Below, in pieces: positions 8,901 to 20,515 of a stretch of DNA of 35,738 nucleotides. Origin of the DNA: Thelocarpon superellum (lineage: Eukaryota); the NCBI GenBank assembly GCA_026025795.1, contig JAPEUG010000152.1:1-35738 (forward strand), read 5' to 3'. The notes under the pieces are model-generated. The model ran no database searches. It was given only the letters and a program-made list of their open reading frames with translations, and was not told where the DNA came from. Made by a program: the position numbers and the translations under genes. Every line of letters starts with the position of its first letter. Position 1 is the stretch's first letter.

Positions 8901-11119
8901 CAGAGGATCTCGTGGGGGTGCTCTTGTCGCCCTTTACACTTGGAGAAAGAGGAGAAGATTCGCCTATGGAAGCGCGGAAACTTGACGCCGTCGCAATCGA
9001 CAGCGCCCTCCGATTACCGCTCGAAATGTACCAACGGGCTCAAAGAGAGGCCGTACTGGACCGGTTCGTTCATGAATGCCACAACTTGGAAGAAATGAAC
9101 TCGAGCAACCTGTGCCGTTGGCTGGCACTTTGTATCAAGCTCATGCAAGTACCTAATTCCTCCTCCGAATTTGTAAGCTGGCCCCTCCCCTTTCGGTATC
9201 TGGTTACTGACGACCGCAAAGGCGATGACACCTGCCACACTTTGGAGGTGTGCGCACGCCCTCCGAGCTCGAGGGCTCAATTCGACGGAGGATGAATTGT
9301 CAATGTTCGCCGAGCTCGTCCAACTGATCTTGAGGTGTGTGTTCAACGGGCCCCGCTAGCTTTCCCATGCTTAACTGGATAGGCACCTGGTCACAACGTC
9401 CAATCAAGCTCGTAGCGCAGAATATCTCGACCACCTCCGCCGATCCCTTTCCCTGAGCCTGGGAAAGCCAGACTCGCTCATGAGTGACCTCTTCAGTCTG
9501 AGTGTCATCAAAAGCTCAGTTTCGGTCCTTTTGGACAGTGTCGATAGACACGCGCAACCAGAGAAAAAGGATTGGCTTACGCTGCGGCACTTGTACGTCA
9601 GACAACTGGTGCTTGACCTTGAGATCCTGTGTGGTCGTCCCGGCGTGCCGCGAGTGTCGAACCCTAACGCCTTGAGTGCCATCCTCGACGCACTTACCGC
9701 GGTCCCGTTTCTGTGCTCTGGAGATGCAGCAGGTCGCCATTCCTCGTCTTTGAGAAGTTCAAGCGTCCGGTAAGCTAATTGACGGACAGGCTTTCTGGCT
9801 CTAGCCCAAGTGCTTAACGTGATTGACCATCTTGAGGCCGCTCAAGGCCATGACGAGCTTCCGAATGCCATCTTTACTCCGACTCAGCTACTTTCGCTGT
9901 ACAAAATCCTATCCACCACAGGAAGAGTTGAGCCCACAGCTGTCTTGAGAGGCATAGTCTCCTTACTTTATGAAGGTGAGTCCCGCGTTGCGATATCCGT
10001 GTACGAAGTGTGGTAACGGCCTACAGCTCTGAGCCTGCGAGATCGAACGAAGGCGGCGACTATGTTTACGGAGCTCTGCGGTGGCCTTGGTGATGAGCAG
10101 CAATCGGAGGTTCTCAGCTTGCTGGCAGGGGGAGATTTCGGGCGTGCATCGGAGGATGATCAGCTGATGCTGGTACGGAAGATCATTCCGTCGATCAAGG
10201 GTTGGTTCGCCCTTTTCTGCCACGAAGCGGTTGTCTGATACATGAAATAGGTCCGTCGGAGCATTTTTCGCAGCCACGAGAGGTCTTGTCGAAGCTCATC
10301 TCCCATCTGTGCCAGCAGTTGGTCGAGTGTCGTAGCATTCGCCGGTTTCGCGTGGTGGCGGATTGTGTAGAAGCGCTGCTGTTGAAGCAGGTAAGCTCGG
10401 CAAAGATGGCTCGATTCTCACACCGCGTGGACGGCTGCTGACATGTGTTTTAGCCCTGGGCAGTTTCGCAGTTCAACGTCGAAAGCGTGCTGAGCAGCGT
10501 GGTCGGGATCGGCTGCGCTACCGGCCCGAACATATCTCCTGACCATGGGGGAGTGATGTTCCAACGGCTGTGCAGGCTGCTTGGTGCGCTTCTTGCCGTC
10601 CATCGGCTGAAGCTCAAGGGACGGTCGCATCTGGTGGTGCAAGTGATGCAAGCCATGCTCCGTCTGCTCTTCGTCCCCAATCGTGGGGTGTTGCAACAAA
10701 GAGCGGGACCTGCGAGCGCACGTCCACCTTGGCTTCGTGGAAAAGGAGCCGGGCTTGGCGTGGCCGAAGGCGTTGCCTACACGCGGGTGCTCTCGTCGTT
10801 GTGTGATCCCACGGTCTCAGCCGTGGCTAATAAAAGCCAACGATCGAAGCAGCCGCTGACGCCGGCCACGGACCGAGCACGGCGCGGGATGGGCCAACAT
10901 CTCCCATACCTTCTCATGGAGTATGCGCAATGTCAACTTCACTCGCGACTTCTGCCTGACGTTAAGAATACGCTCCGGCCGGGGTTGTACGCCATCTTCG
11001 ATATCGCGGACCAGGCTACCTTGCGGATGGTGAACGCGTCCATGGATGCATCTAGCCGAGCGATCTTCAAGACGCTTGCCGATGACTATCGGCGCTTTGG
11101 CAGATGGGACCAGGGGTGA
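5940..11119 (+). CDS. URB2: Nucleolar pre-rRNA processing protein Urb2/Npa2 (about 1529 aa, 12 exons)
   Basis: Exons 5940-5942, 6001-6215, 6262-6886, 6944-8625, 8684-8850, 8904-9172, 9222-9334, 9383-9732, 9790-9975, 10027-10200, 10251-10390 and 10454-11119 join in frame (4590 nt). N-terminal KEEWALRWLLSKL; C-terminal Urb2 domain LRPGLYAIFD...MDASSRAIFKTLADDYRRFGRW. Confidence 0.9.
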
Positions 11120-11472
11120 ACAGAGCCAGATGAAGCGCAATAAGCATAGGGCATAGACGGAGTAGTATAGAGGAGGGGCCGGTGCATGTATGGACCGTGT
11201 TAGTCTAATGTCTGCAACTCTTTGCAGCTGGAAAGGTGCCTGATCACCCGCATTGGACCATGTACCTCACAAGAGGCAGGTTGCGAGCCAGCTGCAGGGC
11301 GAGCTGCGGGTGGTGGGTCGCGGGTCGCAGGTGCCCGAGGCACCAAGCCGGGCGGTTTGCAGTCCGCCTGCGAGTCAGCCTCGCGCGCTACAGCGCGGCA
11401 TCTAGTCGGTTCCACGGCTTCACCATTGGCCGCGATCTTCTCACCGGTTCCGCAGGCGAGGAGAAAGCTCGT

Positions 11473-11681
11473 CAGCCAATCAGGAGGGGATCCCCTATGA
11501 CTCGGCAGCCAATCATGATCACATCTCGCGTTCAGGGTCCAGGCAGCAACGGGCAAGGCAGGGCGCACGCAAGTACTCGGAACGCACAATCGAGCGCTAC
11601 CACCACACACCCCACCTTACAGCCACCCTAGACGGACGTATCGGTACCTGCGCTATGGGGAGCAGCCAAATTGACCAATCA
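11473..11681 (+). promoter_or_regulatory. CCAAT boxes and an inverted STRE palindrome upstream of the C2H2 TF gene
   Basis: CAGCCAATCA twice (CCAAT at 11476 and 11509), GACCAATCA (CCAAT at 11675), and AGGGGATCCCCT at 11485-11496. Confidence 0.45.
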
Positions 11682-11913
11682 TGCAGACCCTGATCGGTGT
11701 CGCTTGCTGATAAGATGGGCGGATACCTGGGGCATCCATTTCGCCCCCAGGGATGGCGCAAGATGCACTCGCATCCCGAGTAGAGCCCGCGCACCATACG
11801 AAGAAGGCTGCGTTTGCGCACGCGGCTCTGGTGCTTGGCCTCCATAAAGTCTTCGACATGCCGCGTCCCGGTGGCGGACGGCCAGCGGCCGACGGGTCTG
11901 CCCTTCCGCCACC

Positions 11914-14663
11914 ATGTCGGACCGCGAGCCGGTTCACTTCGATCTGGCCGAGATTGCTCGGACGGCGTCCTGCATCCACGCGCTGCTGAAGAAGGCGAGA
12001 CGCAATATCGCGTTGCGCACCACCTTCGACCGGGCCGTTCTGCCAAAGCCTACCAAGGGTCCGTCCACGGCGTACGCGATTCCGAGAAGGCCGAGGGTAT
12101 ACCTTGCGCGAGTTGCGACCTCGTGGCCGTTTGACGAGTGGGAAATCGAATACATCGCGTAGGTTGCCCCACTGGGATGGGCGAAGCGGCGCGGAGCGGA
12201 CTGATCCAGCTTACTCATACGCACCTATTGCAGATTTCGCACATCCATGGACCGTGATATCGGATGCTCGGCGGGCGCGAGCTCCAACTGCGCCTTCAAC
12301 TTTGACCAATTCCGCGTAGCCTCTCCAACCTGTGGCAAGGGGACTCGGACCTGGGCCGTGGCGCATCAGGAACTGCAACGCGCCAAGCAGCTCTGGGGGT
12401 TGATGCAGACGTGGCGGGCGCGAGCGAATTCGTTGATGTCCCACTGCTTGGCCCCGTGGGCAGACTCGCCACTGTGGGAGATTATGAACGAATGCTACCT
12501 GGCCAACTGGGAGCATCTGCTCCGCCGATACCTGCACGCCTTGCTCGACTTGGTGCTCCGGAGCATGGTCCAACTCTACGAACAGCTGCTCCTCGATTAC
12601 CTTCGCCGCTCCGAGATTTTCGGCCAGGGTTGGTTCTTTGAGTGGCCCGACGGGCAACGACCCTTGACCTCGACCTGGCCATGGAGCGACGTGAAGGTGT
12701 CGGTGATGATATTGTATGGGGTGTGTTGGAAATTCTGGAACCGGCCAGATGCCGCTGGCGTGGCGCTCCCGTTCGCTCCCGCTCCCCGTACCCACCCGGG
12801 TACGAGTCCGGATGCGTCAGCAGCAAGCGACACTCGCCACACGATGTTGGCTGCGCCACAACCGCCTCCCGGTACGTATCCGAGCCGAGCGTCAACCTCC
12901 CTTGGACCACCCGGAGGACCATTGCTCCGACTCGTCGCTGACCTTCCGCCCCATTTGTCAGGCACGACAAGCGACGCGCAACCTCCGGCCCTCCCGGTCC
13001 TATCAGGCTGGGCAGGCACCCGTGAAACGGGTCGCGGTGGGGACACGTCGGTCGAGCGGCCCTGGGAGGCACTACGACAGAGTGAGTCATCCACAAGTAT
13101 TCCGCTGCCTGCTAGGCAAGACCCCAGCATGCAATGATAGCTACCTGCTAGGTAGCTACTCTATACTACTACTGACTACTAGTATACTAGTAGTAGTAGC
13201 TGTAGCTTCATTATGCGCCAGTCATGGCCGCTCACATGACGCGGTGACTAATATTTGCCATAGATGACGAGGAAGGCGAAAGAGACGCGCTGCATCCGTC
13301 GCTCCTCTCCGACGCGGAGATTGAGAATATATTGTCCTACCTTCCGCCGGATTTTTCGACCTCCACCGAGCCTCAGGAATCCGATTGCTGTACCGGTCTT
13401 ACAGGCCCCACATCGCCATATTTCCGCTACGCTCCAACCACCCCGCACCCCTATCTCTTCGATCCAACGGCGTCCTTCGCCGGACCAAGTGTGCCCGGGC
13501 CAGCCAGTCCTCGAGCTCCGGATGCAGGACATCCAGGCGTCGCCCCTGATTCCGGAGGGATGGACACGGAGGATACAGAACCGGGAGCGAATACGAAGTC
13601 TCCCCCGTCCGACTCCATGTCGATCGCGAGGGTGTTGGGCACGATGACGGAGCCTGTGATCTCTCCGCGAAGCAGCTCGAGTGATGCCGCTGTGCTGCCT
13701 GCGCCTTTGGAGCCCACGAGCCCTCCGGTGACGGGGCATCGCGCCCCTCCCAGGCCCCGGGCGGTGAGAGACCGAGAGGCGCCGAAGAACGAACACGGGG
13801 AGTTTTACTGCAACCATGAAGAATGCGCGCAAGCATCGCCCATCCCCACCTTTGTGCGACGATGTGAATGGAGGTAAGGACGTTCTCTTGCGTCCCTCTC
13901 GCGTCATTCTTTTGGAGATGTGGCGCGTGACCTCTCCTGACCGATGGCTGACGACGATAGCAAACATCTTGACAAACACGAACGGCCTTACCGATGTACC
14001 GAAGCGGGGTGTGAGAAGCTTCAGGGCTTTACATACTCAGGCGGCTTGTCTCGACACGAGCGCGAGGTCCATTCAAAGCACGGCGGCCTGCGCGTCCGAC
14101 ACATGTGTCCGCATCAGAATTGCAAACGCAGCTCTGGCGCAGGCTTTACGCGGCGCGAGAATTTGGACGAACATCTCCGTCGTGTGCACAAGGAGGTGGT
14201 GGAGGTGCTACCCCGCGCCGACACAAAAGACAAGGAAGAAGGCATGAAGCTTCCGGCGAGCAAAGAAGGCGTGGCTCTCTTCGACGACGACGACCAAGTC
14301 GTCGGGACGAAGCGGAAGCGTCGATCGTCGGAGGCCGAACCTCCCTCGCAATCCTCATGCCTTTCTGACGGCGATTCGTTGTCCGAGGGAGGCACACCGG
14401 CGAACGAGCGTTACCCCCGCCTTTCCCACCACCGCCTCAATCATCACCGAAGACTCAACGGAGGAGAACGAGAACGGCAGATGGAGAGGAAGTGGGGAAG
14501 GGAGAGGGAGAAGGAAGAGGAAGAGGAAGAGAATGAGACGAAGAACTTGCGACACGAATTGCGAGAAATGCACCGAGAGAATCGCGAGATCAAGCGCGAT
14601 CTGCGTGATTTGCGCAAACTGGTGCACGCGGTCCATAAGATCTTTCGCGCTGCTCTCCCATGA
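11914..14663 (+). CDS. C2H2 zinc-finger transcription factor (3 fingers) with a Trp-rich N-terminal domain and C-terminal coiled coil (about 771 aa)
   Basis: Exons 11914-12158, 12234-12871, 12962-13081, 13264-13873 and 13961-14663 join in frame. Fingers: YCNHEEC..RRCEWSKHLDKH, RPYRCTEAGC..GFTYSGGLSRHEREVH, CPHQNC..GFTRRENLDEHLRRVH. NLS KRKRR. The finger region is certain; joining of the 5' exons is less so. Confidence 0.85.
13106..13200. repeat. Cluster of inverted repeats/palindromes in intron 3 of the C2H2 TF gene
   Basis: TGCCT-gct-AGGCA (13106-13118), TAGCTACCT-gct-AGGTAGCTA (13138-13158) and the perfect 20-bp palindrome ACTACTAGTATACTAGTAGT (13175-13194). Confidence 0.85.
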
Positions 14664-15251
14664 GACTTTGTGTTGTTGATTTCTCTGCTCTTGATGATTC
14701 TCGAATGACGACCAGCTTCGGAGTTGGACGGTGTCTATTTTCTTCGGGCAGATTGGATTGTGACGGATGTTGGATGGCTCGATGGTAGATGTATATCGGA
14801 TCATGGGAGAGAGATGCATCATGTACAACTTTGGCGCGCTGGTTTTCTCATCTCCCCTCTCCCTTTCATTCCTCTGAGCTGTCTGTTCTCTACCCTTGCT
14901 TCCGTCAAGTGTTCTAGTCTGGTCTGTCTGCGTCAGATTGATGTATCATCTCGGCCAGGTTCTCCTTCCTGTGCCTCGTCCATCGAGATATAGAGATAGA
15001 AGAATGAACCTCCATCCCCGAAACCCAAATTTCGAGACTGCACTCACGAGATACGATGGTACGAGATGGGGCATTCGATTTTGACGTGTATCTATGCCGG
15101 GGGTTTATGAGCCAGCATTTCATGCCACTTGCCATATTTGACGATAAGTATTGAAATCATCGACGCTGTTGAAACGACGGGCGCTGTTTTGCTTGATAGA
15201 TCAGAGCAAGACGTAAATCAACTACCCAAGTAACCAATCAGTCAAGTCAGA

Positions 15252-16147
15252 TCAACCCTTGACCAGATAAACACCCAAGACGTTTTCCTGCCAAGGCAGG
15301 GAGTTCTGGTTCCAGTAGACAGGCCAACCTGCCTGACCAACGGATACTGTACCATCGCACGAGGGTCCAAGTCAGCTTCTTCGTGCACCTCGCCGAAAGT
15401 AGGAAAGCAAGGGGCGGGGAAAGGGAAATGGAATGAATGAACGACTGCAGGAAAACGGCGCCACTCACGCGTCCAGGTAGCGTCCGGATTATCGCTATTG
15501 GCAAGGCTCCCGTTGGGCCCGGAGAAGGAAAAGCCAGTGGAGCCGGTGCCAGGGGTGACGAGGGCGATGGGCGTGAAGTCTGCCAGGCCGCCGGTGTAGT
15601 TGTTCAGCGCCACTTCGTACACGTCGGTGTGGTTGAAGACCGAGAGCGTGGTGTTGGCGTTCAGCGCGAACGACACCGTGCGAGAGGAGACTGCGACCTC
15701 GCCCGGGCCTGCGTAGTTCGAGTCGTCGGCCGCGCCCCCTAGGATCTTCAGTCCGGACCCGGCGCTCCCGTCGTCGGCGAGTGAGGACGCTGTCGTTGGC
15801 GCGCGTGCCTCAGTACAAGGTAGCTATGAGGGGAGGGGGGAAGGGGGGCTAAGTGACGACAGAGACAGGGGAAAAGAGAGAGTTGACCCTGCCCACTCAC
15901 CTGTTAGCTCCACCTTGTCGGTCGGCAAGACCGTGGAGAAGTTGCCGGCTGATGCGGGCGCAGGCTTGGCGTACAGCTTGAAGCCCCTGCTGGCACCGCC
16001 TACGGCCGATCCCTGGCTCTCGTCCGTGGTGTTCGTCAGCGGTGTCCCCGGGACAAGGTTTGGTGTGAGATCTTGCGGCCGCGCACTGGCAAGGCTGGCA
16101 CAGGCAATACTGCCCAAGACCGCCAGGGTTCCCGTCGAGAAAAGCAT
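15252..16147 (-). CDS. Small secreted glycoprotein of unknown function (about 220 aa)
   Basis: Exons 16147-15901, 15789-15469 and 15346-15252 join in frame. Signal peptide MLFSTGTLAVLGSIACASLASA; six N-x-S/T sites; ends WPVYWNQNSLPWQENVLGVYLVKG*; TATAAA upstream. Confidence 0.8.
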
Positions 16148-16269
16148 GGCACTCTGTTGGATTGAAGGTCAGAGGATGAACGAGGTTGAAAGCGATAGGC
16201 TGTGGATTGCTGAGGAAGGCTATCGAGAGAAGGCTGTCGAGTGAGGTGGAGAGAGGTGCAAGGAAGCTC

Positions 16270-16275
16270 TTTATA
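16270..16275 (-). promoter_or_regulatory. TATA box of the secreted-protein gene
   Basis: CTATAAAG on the minus strand about 125 bp upstream of the ATG at 16147, followed by a CT-rich tract. Confidence 0.6.
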
Positions 16276-17690
16276 GAAGATCACTGGAGAGAGAGCCACA
16301 AGGGTCTAGCAGCCTTGTCCATATCATTACGAAGTATATAGGCGTGCGACGTTCAGAGAACGACAAGTGGAAGATCTCCCCAATGACCGGGGCCGGGGGA
16401 GAGAGAAGTTATGCGTCGCATCTTCATTCGCCTGAAGGGCAAGAGATCGCTGTTTGCACATCCAAACGATACAGGAATAGAGACACGGGACCTGTCAGCG
16501 ACCCAAGCTGAGGCTGGGCGATGAACAATAGAACAGGCGAGAACGCTCTGCATCATGAGAGAGCTTCCGCGATGACAGATGGATCTCGCGTCTGACACCC
16601 TGCGTTGGAGATGTTGACATCAGGTCGTTTCGACACTGTCCTTCTGGTCCAGGCCATTCTCCTAGGGTTTCCACCCTTAACCGAGTCCAGAACCCAACAG
16701 GGGCAACTACGGACCCCGTTCGTTGGGGCGAGGCGGGGCGCGCTACGACGCCATAAAGCAATGCGTCTAGGTAGGCCGAATCACCTCCCCCCCCTATAAG
16801 CGACCTGATTTTCTCAGTCGAACGGGAAGGTAAAGGGCTACTCGTATGCAGTACGATGTGCGGAGGACAGTTTGCTGTGTCATGTCGAGTACTGGGGTGG
16901 ATGTTTCAATAGGTCATAGGGCAGGACGGATACTGGCATTCATGAACTGCGCACGTCGAGAAGCAGATGCTTATCATGCAAGCACAACCCCCTCTTAAGG
17001 TAGGCCTATACACCGGCATGTCCTGCATAAAAGTCACAAGAGATTCTTCTATCGGTTGCATAATTTGGATGATGTAAGCGTTTTGTATGCTCGGTATTGT
17101 AGCTTGGCACCCCCTTGGAACGTCCGATAGCCCACTACAACAACCCTGTCTTCTTTGGCAGGCGGGTGCAGTATGCTATATTTACCACTATGGCCAGTCC
17201 CCTAGACTCGCCTGTCAATTGTAACCTCTTCAAATGCTCGCACTGCGGCCGTAAGGCAAGAGGGCTGAACAATCTATCCTTGGAAATGGTGATATTTGGT
17301 AGGATATAACGAAGGGAGGGAAGAGCATGAGATAAACGGAGTAGACTCAGGGTCGGAACGATGAAACATTGCGGTGTCTATGCCTCTCCTTGATCTTGTA
17401 TCGCCCTTCCGTTGCATCCATCTGGTCATGCATGTCCGCTCATGACAAAGTATACACCTGCACGCATCGATGAATGGAGGAATGATGAGAGAAAGAGGAG
17501 GGAGATGGGGTCATGGGTTCGTGACATCCACTTCGCTGGCCACACCAGTAACTGTAACCGCACGTGTAAGAGGAGGAGACGCCATGCAATGCTATGCTAT
17601 GCACCAGGTCCATGATGTCCATTGCAGTCCGACAACCAAACACAAATGCCTATATCCACTTCGAAAGTCCGCTCAGGAGCGAGTCCCGTC

Positions 17691-19419
17691 TCAGTGATCA
17701 GGAAAGGTGGGCCCCGCTCCATCACCTTGCCGCAAACTCGTCGGGAGGAGCTGAGGTGAAGGTATGAAATGTGAGATGGCGAGAGGCGGGCCAGGAGCGA
17801 TCTCTCCCCCATGGTGGGCCTGAGCAGTGGACGGCAGCGAGCAACATCCCGCCAGCGACGTCTCTCGCTGCTGTCGTGAATGCACGATGCATCCGACGCA
17901 GGTGCAGCCGTCGCCGCAGAAACACATTGCGTCGTCGCCGGCTGTATTACGACTTTCCCCTCCACCAACCCCAATCCCACTTCCATTATCCGCCCCTGTT
18001 CCGCCTTCGCTCGGGTAGTTGACGTGAAAGTACGCGTCTGGCGAGAGGGGACGATCGTCGGTCGTAGAGGTGTCGCCATTGCTGGAGCTGATGCTTGCAT
18101 GTGTGGCGCGGTCTGGCGTGGCATTCATCGATGGACCCAAATAGCCGCCATGATTTGGGAGGGTCCAGTCGGAGTCTTGCCGGCCTGTCGACATGTTCTG
18201 CACGCCGTTTCCAGATGGGGAGGTGATGTTCCCGTATGACCAGCTACTCTCCTCCATGATCTGGTTCAGCGACTTGACGAAGTCCACCGTGCGCCGATTG
18301 TAGGGATGTGCGGCACATCCGAGGCAGTTGCAGGTTGTGCCACAGTTGCAGCTGTGCGGCATGTTGGTGGCGGCGCCGTGGTGACTGGTCTCGCCAATGG
18401 CGTCATTGGACGTTGATGGGAATTGCGGCGTCGATTTGGAGAAGAGCTCGGGGTTACGTTGGAGGAATCCGAGCTCATCTGGGGTGAGTGGGTGCTGGAA
18501 GGTGCTGTACGTAGGTGGAAAGGTGTAGATGGTTGTGGATCCCGGCGTTGGCTGCTCTGTTATTTCCTCGTTCATGACGTGGCTCGGCATGGCATCACCG
18601 TTGGATGTGTTCAGACCTTGCGAAGTCTGCTTCGTGATGTCGCTAGTCCTGGTCTTGGAAGTACAGCAGGACGATGCGGATTGAGTTCTTCCAAATGCGT
18701 TCTCCTGCGGATGATCTGGTCGATATGCTGATGTCGTGTATCCTCCCGCTTGCCCAGTCGGAGCACGGTCGAACGAAGATGGTTGAAATCCCTGATTGTC
18801 TCCAATTGGTCCCCTAGTCCGGTCTTGCGTCGAGATGTTCGAGATGTCGTAAAGGGCCTGGCTAGTGTGCGACGATCCAGCGGGTGCCTGCGCAAAGTAC
18901 TTGGAATCACCTGACGTGATATCCTGCAGCGCCTGGACCACGAGGCCTTGCTTCAGACTGCTTCTTCGTTTGAGCGGCTTCTGAATGCGAGTCGGAGTGG
19001 ATCGGGTTGGGGAGGTCACGGACGCGACGGTACGTTCCTCGACTTTCAGCGGAGTGGTGGCAGAGCCAGGCGTCTGAATTGGACTGGGCGACGATGTTGA
19101 CGCATCCCCACAAGCACAGCTCGACGCTGTCCAACATCAGTGCCATGCCAGGCGGGCGGGGACGAGGACTTACTTTTGGGAATCGCCATTCTCACCCCCG
19201 CGCACTCGCACTGTCCCGAGGGGTGGGGGCAACTACTCAACGGTCGCCCGGGCTTTCGCACCTGGACGAGAATCCGATCGTTGTGGGCACATTTGGACGA
19301 GCGATGCCCTCGCATGCAAGGCTCACTGACGCGCCTGGTGAGCCCATACGTACGTCACATCAGTCTCAGCTCCCAAGGCAATCGTACCAGGAGTATTTGA
19401 TGCCGTTAATCGTCGGCAT
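17691..19419 (-). CDS. MAC1: Copper-fist transcription factor, Mac1/GRISEA type (copper-starvation regulator, about 539 aa)
   Basis: Exons 19419-19388, 19325-19174 and 19126-17691. N-terminus MPTINGIKYSCEPCMRGHRSSKCAHNDRILVQVRKPGRPLSSCPH (copper fist, RGHR and GRP motifs). Two C-terminal CxCxxxCxCxxCxxH motifs (CNCGTTCNCLGCAAH, CFCGDGCTCVGCIVH) are diagnostic of Mac1 rather than Ace1. Confidence 0.92.
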
Positions 19420-20515
19420 CGTGTCCGGACCCGATCAGGCGTGCGGGGCAGGTTTAGGCTGGGGGTCTCCGGACGAGTCTGATTCTCACGCATCACATGA
19501 GCACAGGGCCCGCCTGCATCGAAAGACCTCTCCGGCCGTAGCACCGTGCTAGACACCTACATCGGATATGTGCTTCTTGCTCGCATCGCCGACCTCAACA
19601 CGACCGACGACCTGGACACGGACGCGAACTGTGTCTGCGACAGAGGCTGGAAGCGCGGCGTAAGGGGGTTGCGCGGAAAGTCTCGCTTTACAGCCACGGC
19701 CACGTAGGACCGGATCCCCAGGAGATGGATGGCAGCGCTGGCCTGCTGTGCCTTGGATTCACCTAGGCCGAAGAATATGGGACCATCCGATGACACGCAG
19801 ACGGGGCCAGTCCGGTTGAGGTATCACAAGCGGCGGCAACGCTTGTTCGCTTGAGGCCCAATGTAAGGAGGCACGAAGTACGAAGTACCAGCAGGACTAG
19901 GGGCTAGATGCAGGTGAGGGAGTTTCAAGCCACTTGGTCGCCCAGAGACGGCGTGCGGAGCCGCTGACCATTGGCGGGATCAGCTACGACATACGAGCGT
20001 TCCGCCCCAACTCACTGGAACAGTGACCTGGACGGACGCATGTTCCGGAAGAAAAGCTTGCTACGTTTCTGCCGCGGATCATCACTACCTCCCGCACGCG
20101 GACCATGTGGAGATCGACGCTCTTGCACAATCAACGCCCTGCGAGCGGGGCATCCCAGGGGCACGGCTCATCCTGGCGGCGTCTGCCCAGCTGCTTAGTG
20201 ACAAGGCTAGCGAGCAAGTTCGGGGCCTCGGGTCTCTGCACCCCTCCAATATCTGAAGGGTTTAGGCGGCCAAGTGATGAATTGAGGGCCGGTGTTTAAT
20301 CTTTGTTCAACCCTCGCGTTATCGACTTCGAAGCACGGGCGTACGTCAGGCTTGGTGGGGCCCACGGTCACATCTCACCCCGCCGTAGCAGATAGACCAA
20401 CCCCTGCTTGAGCAATATCCTTGCTCTTGACGTGAGATTAGTCTGACGTGGGCCAGGCTTACACTCGTAAGGGAGCCATGCCTGTGATCTCCAGATTCTC
20501 AGGGTTACAGTAGAG

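Noticed and set aside
12211..13979. Long antisense ORFs (194-243 aa)
   Set aside because: They overlap the C2H2 gene on the opposite strand; GC-driven shadows.
16300..17690. Transposon relic in the lower-GC intergenic region
   Set aside because: No TIR, LTR, TSD or transposase/RT-like translation found; explained as promoter plus MAC1 3' region.
17691..19419. Ace1/AceA (copper detoxification) assignment
   Set aside because: Lacks the Ace1 CxxC/CxC cluster after GRP and has two C-terminal Mac1-type Cys/His motifs.
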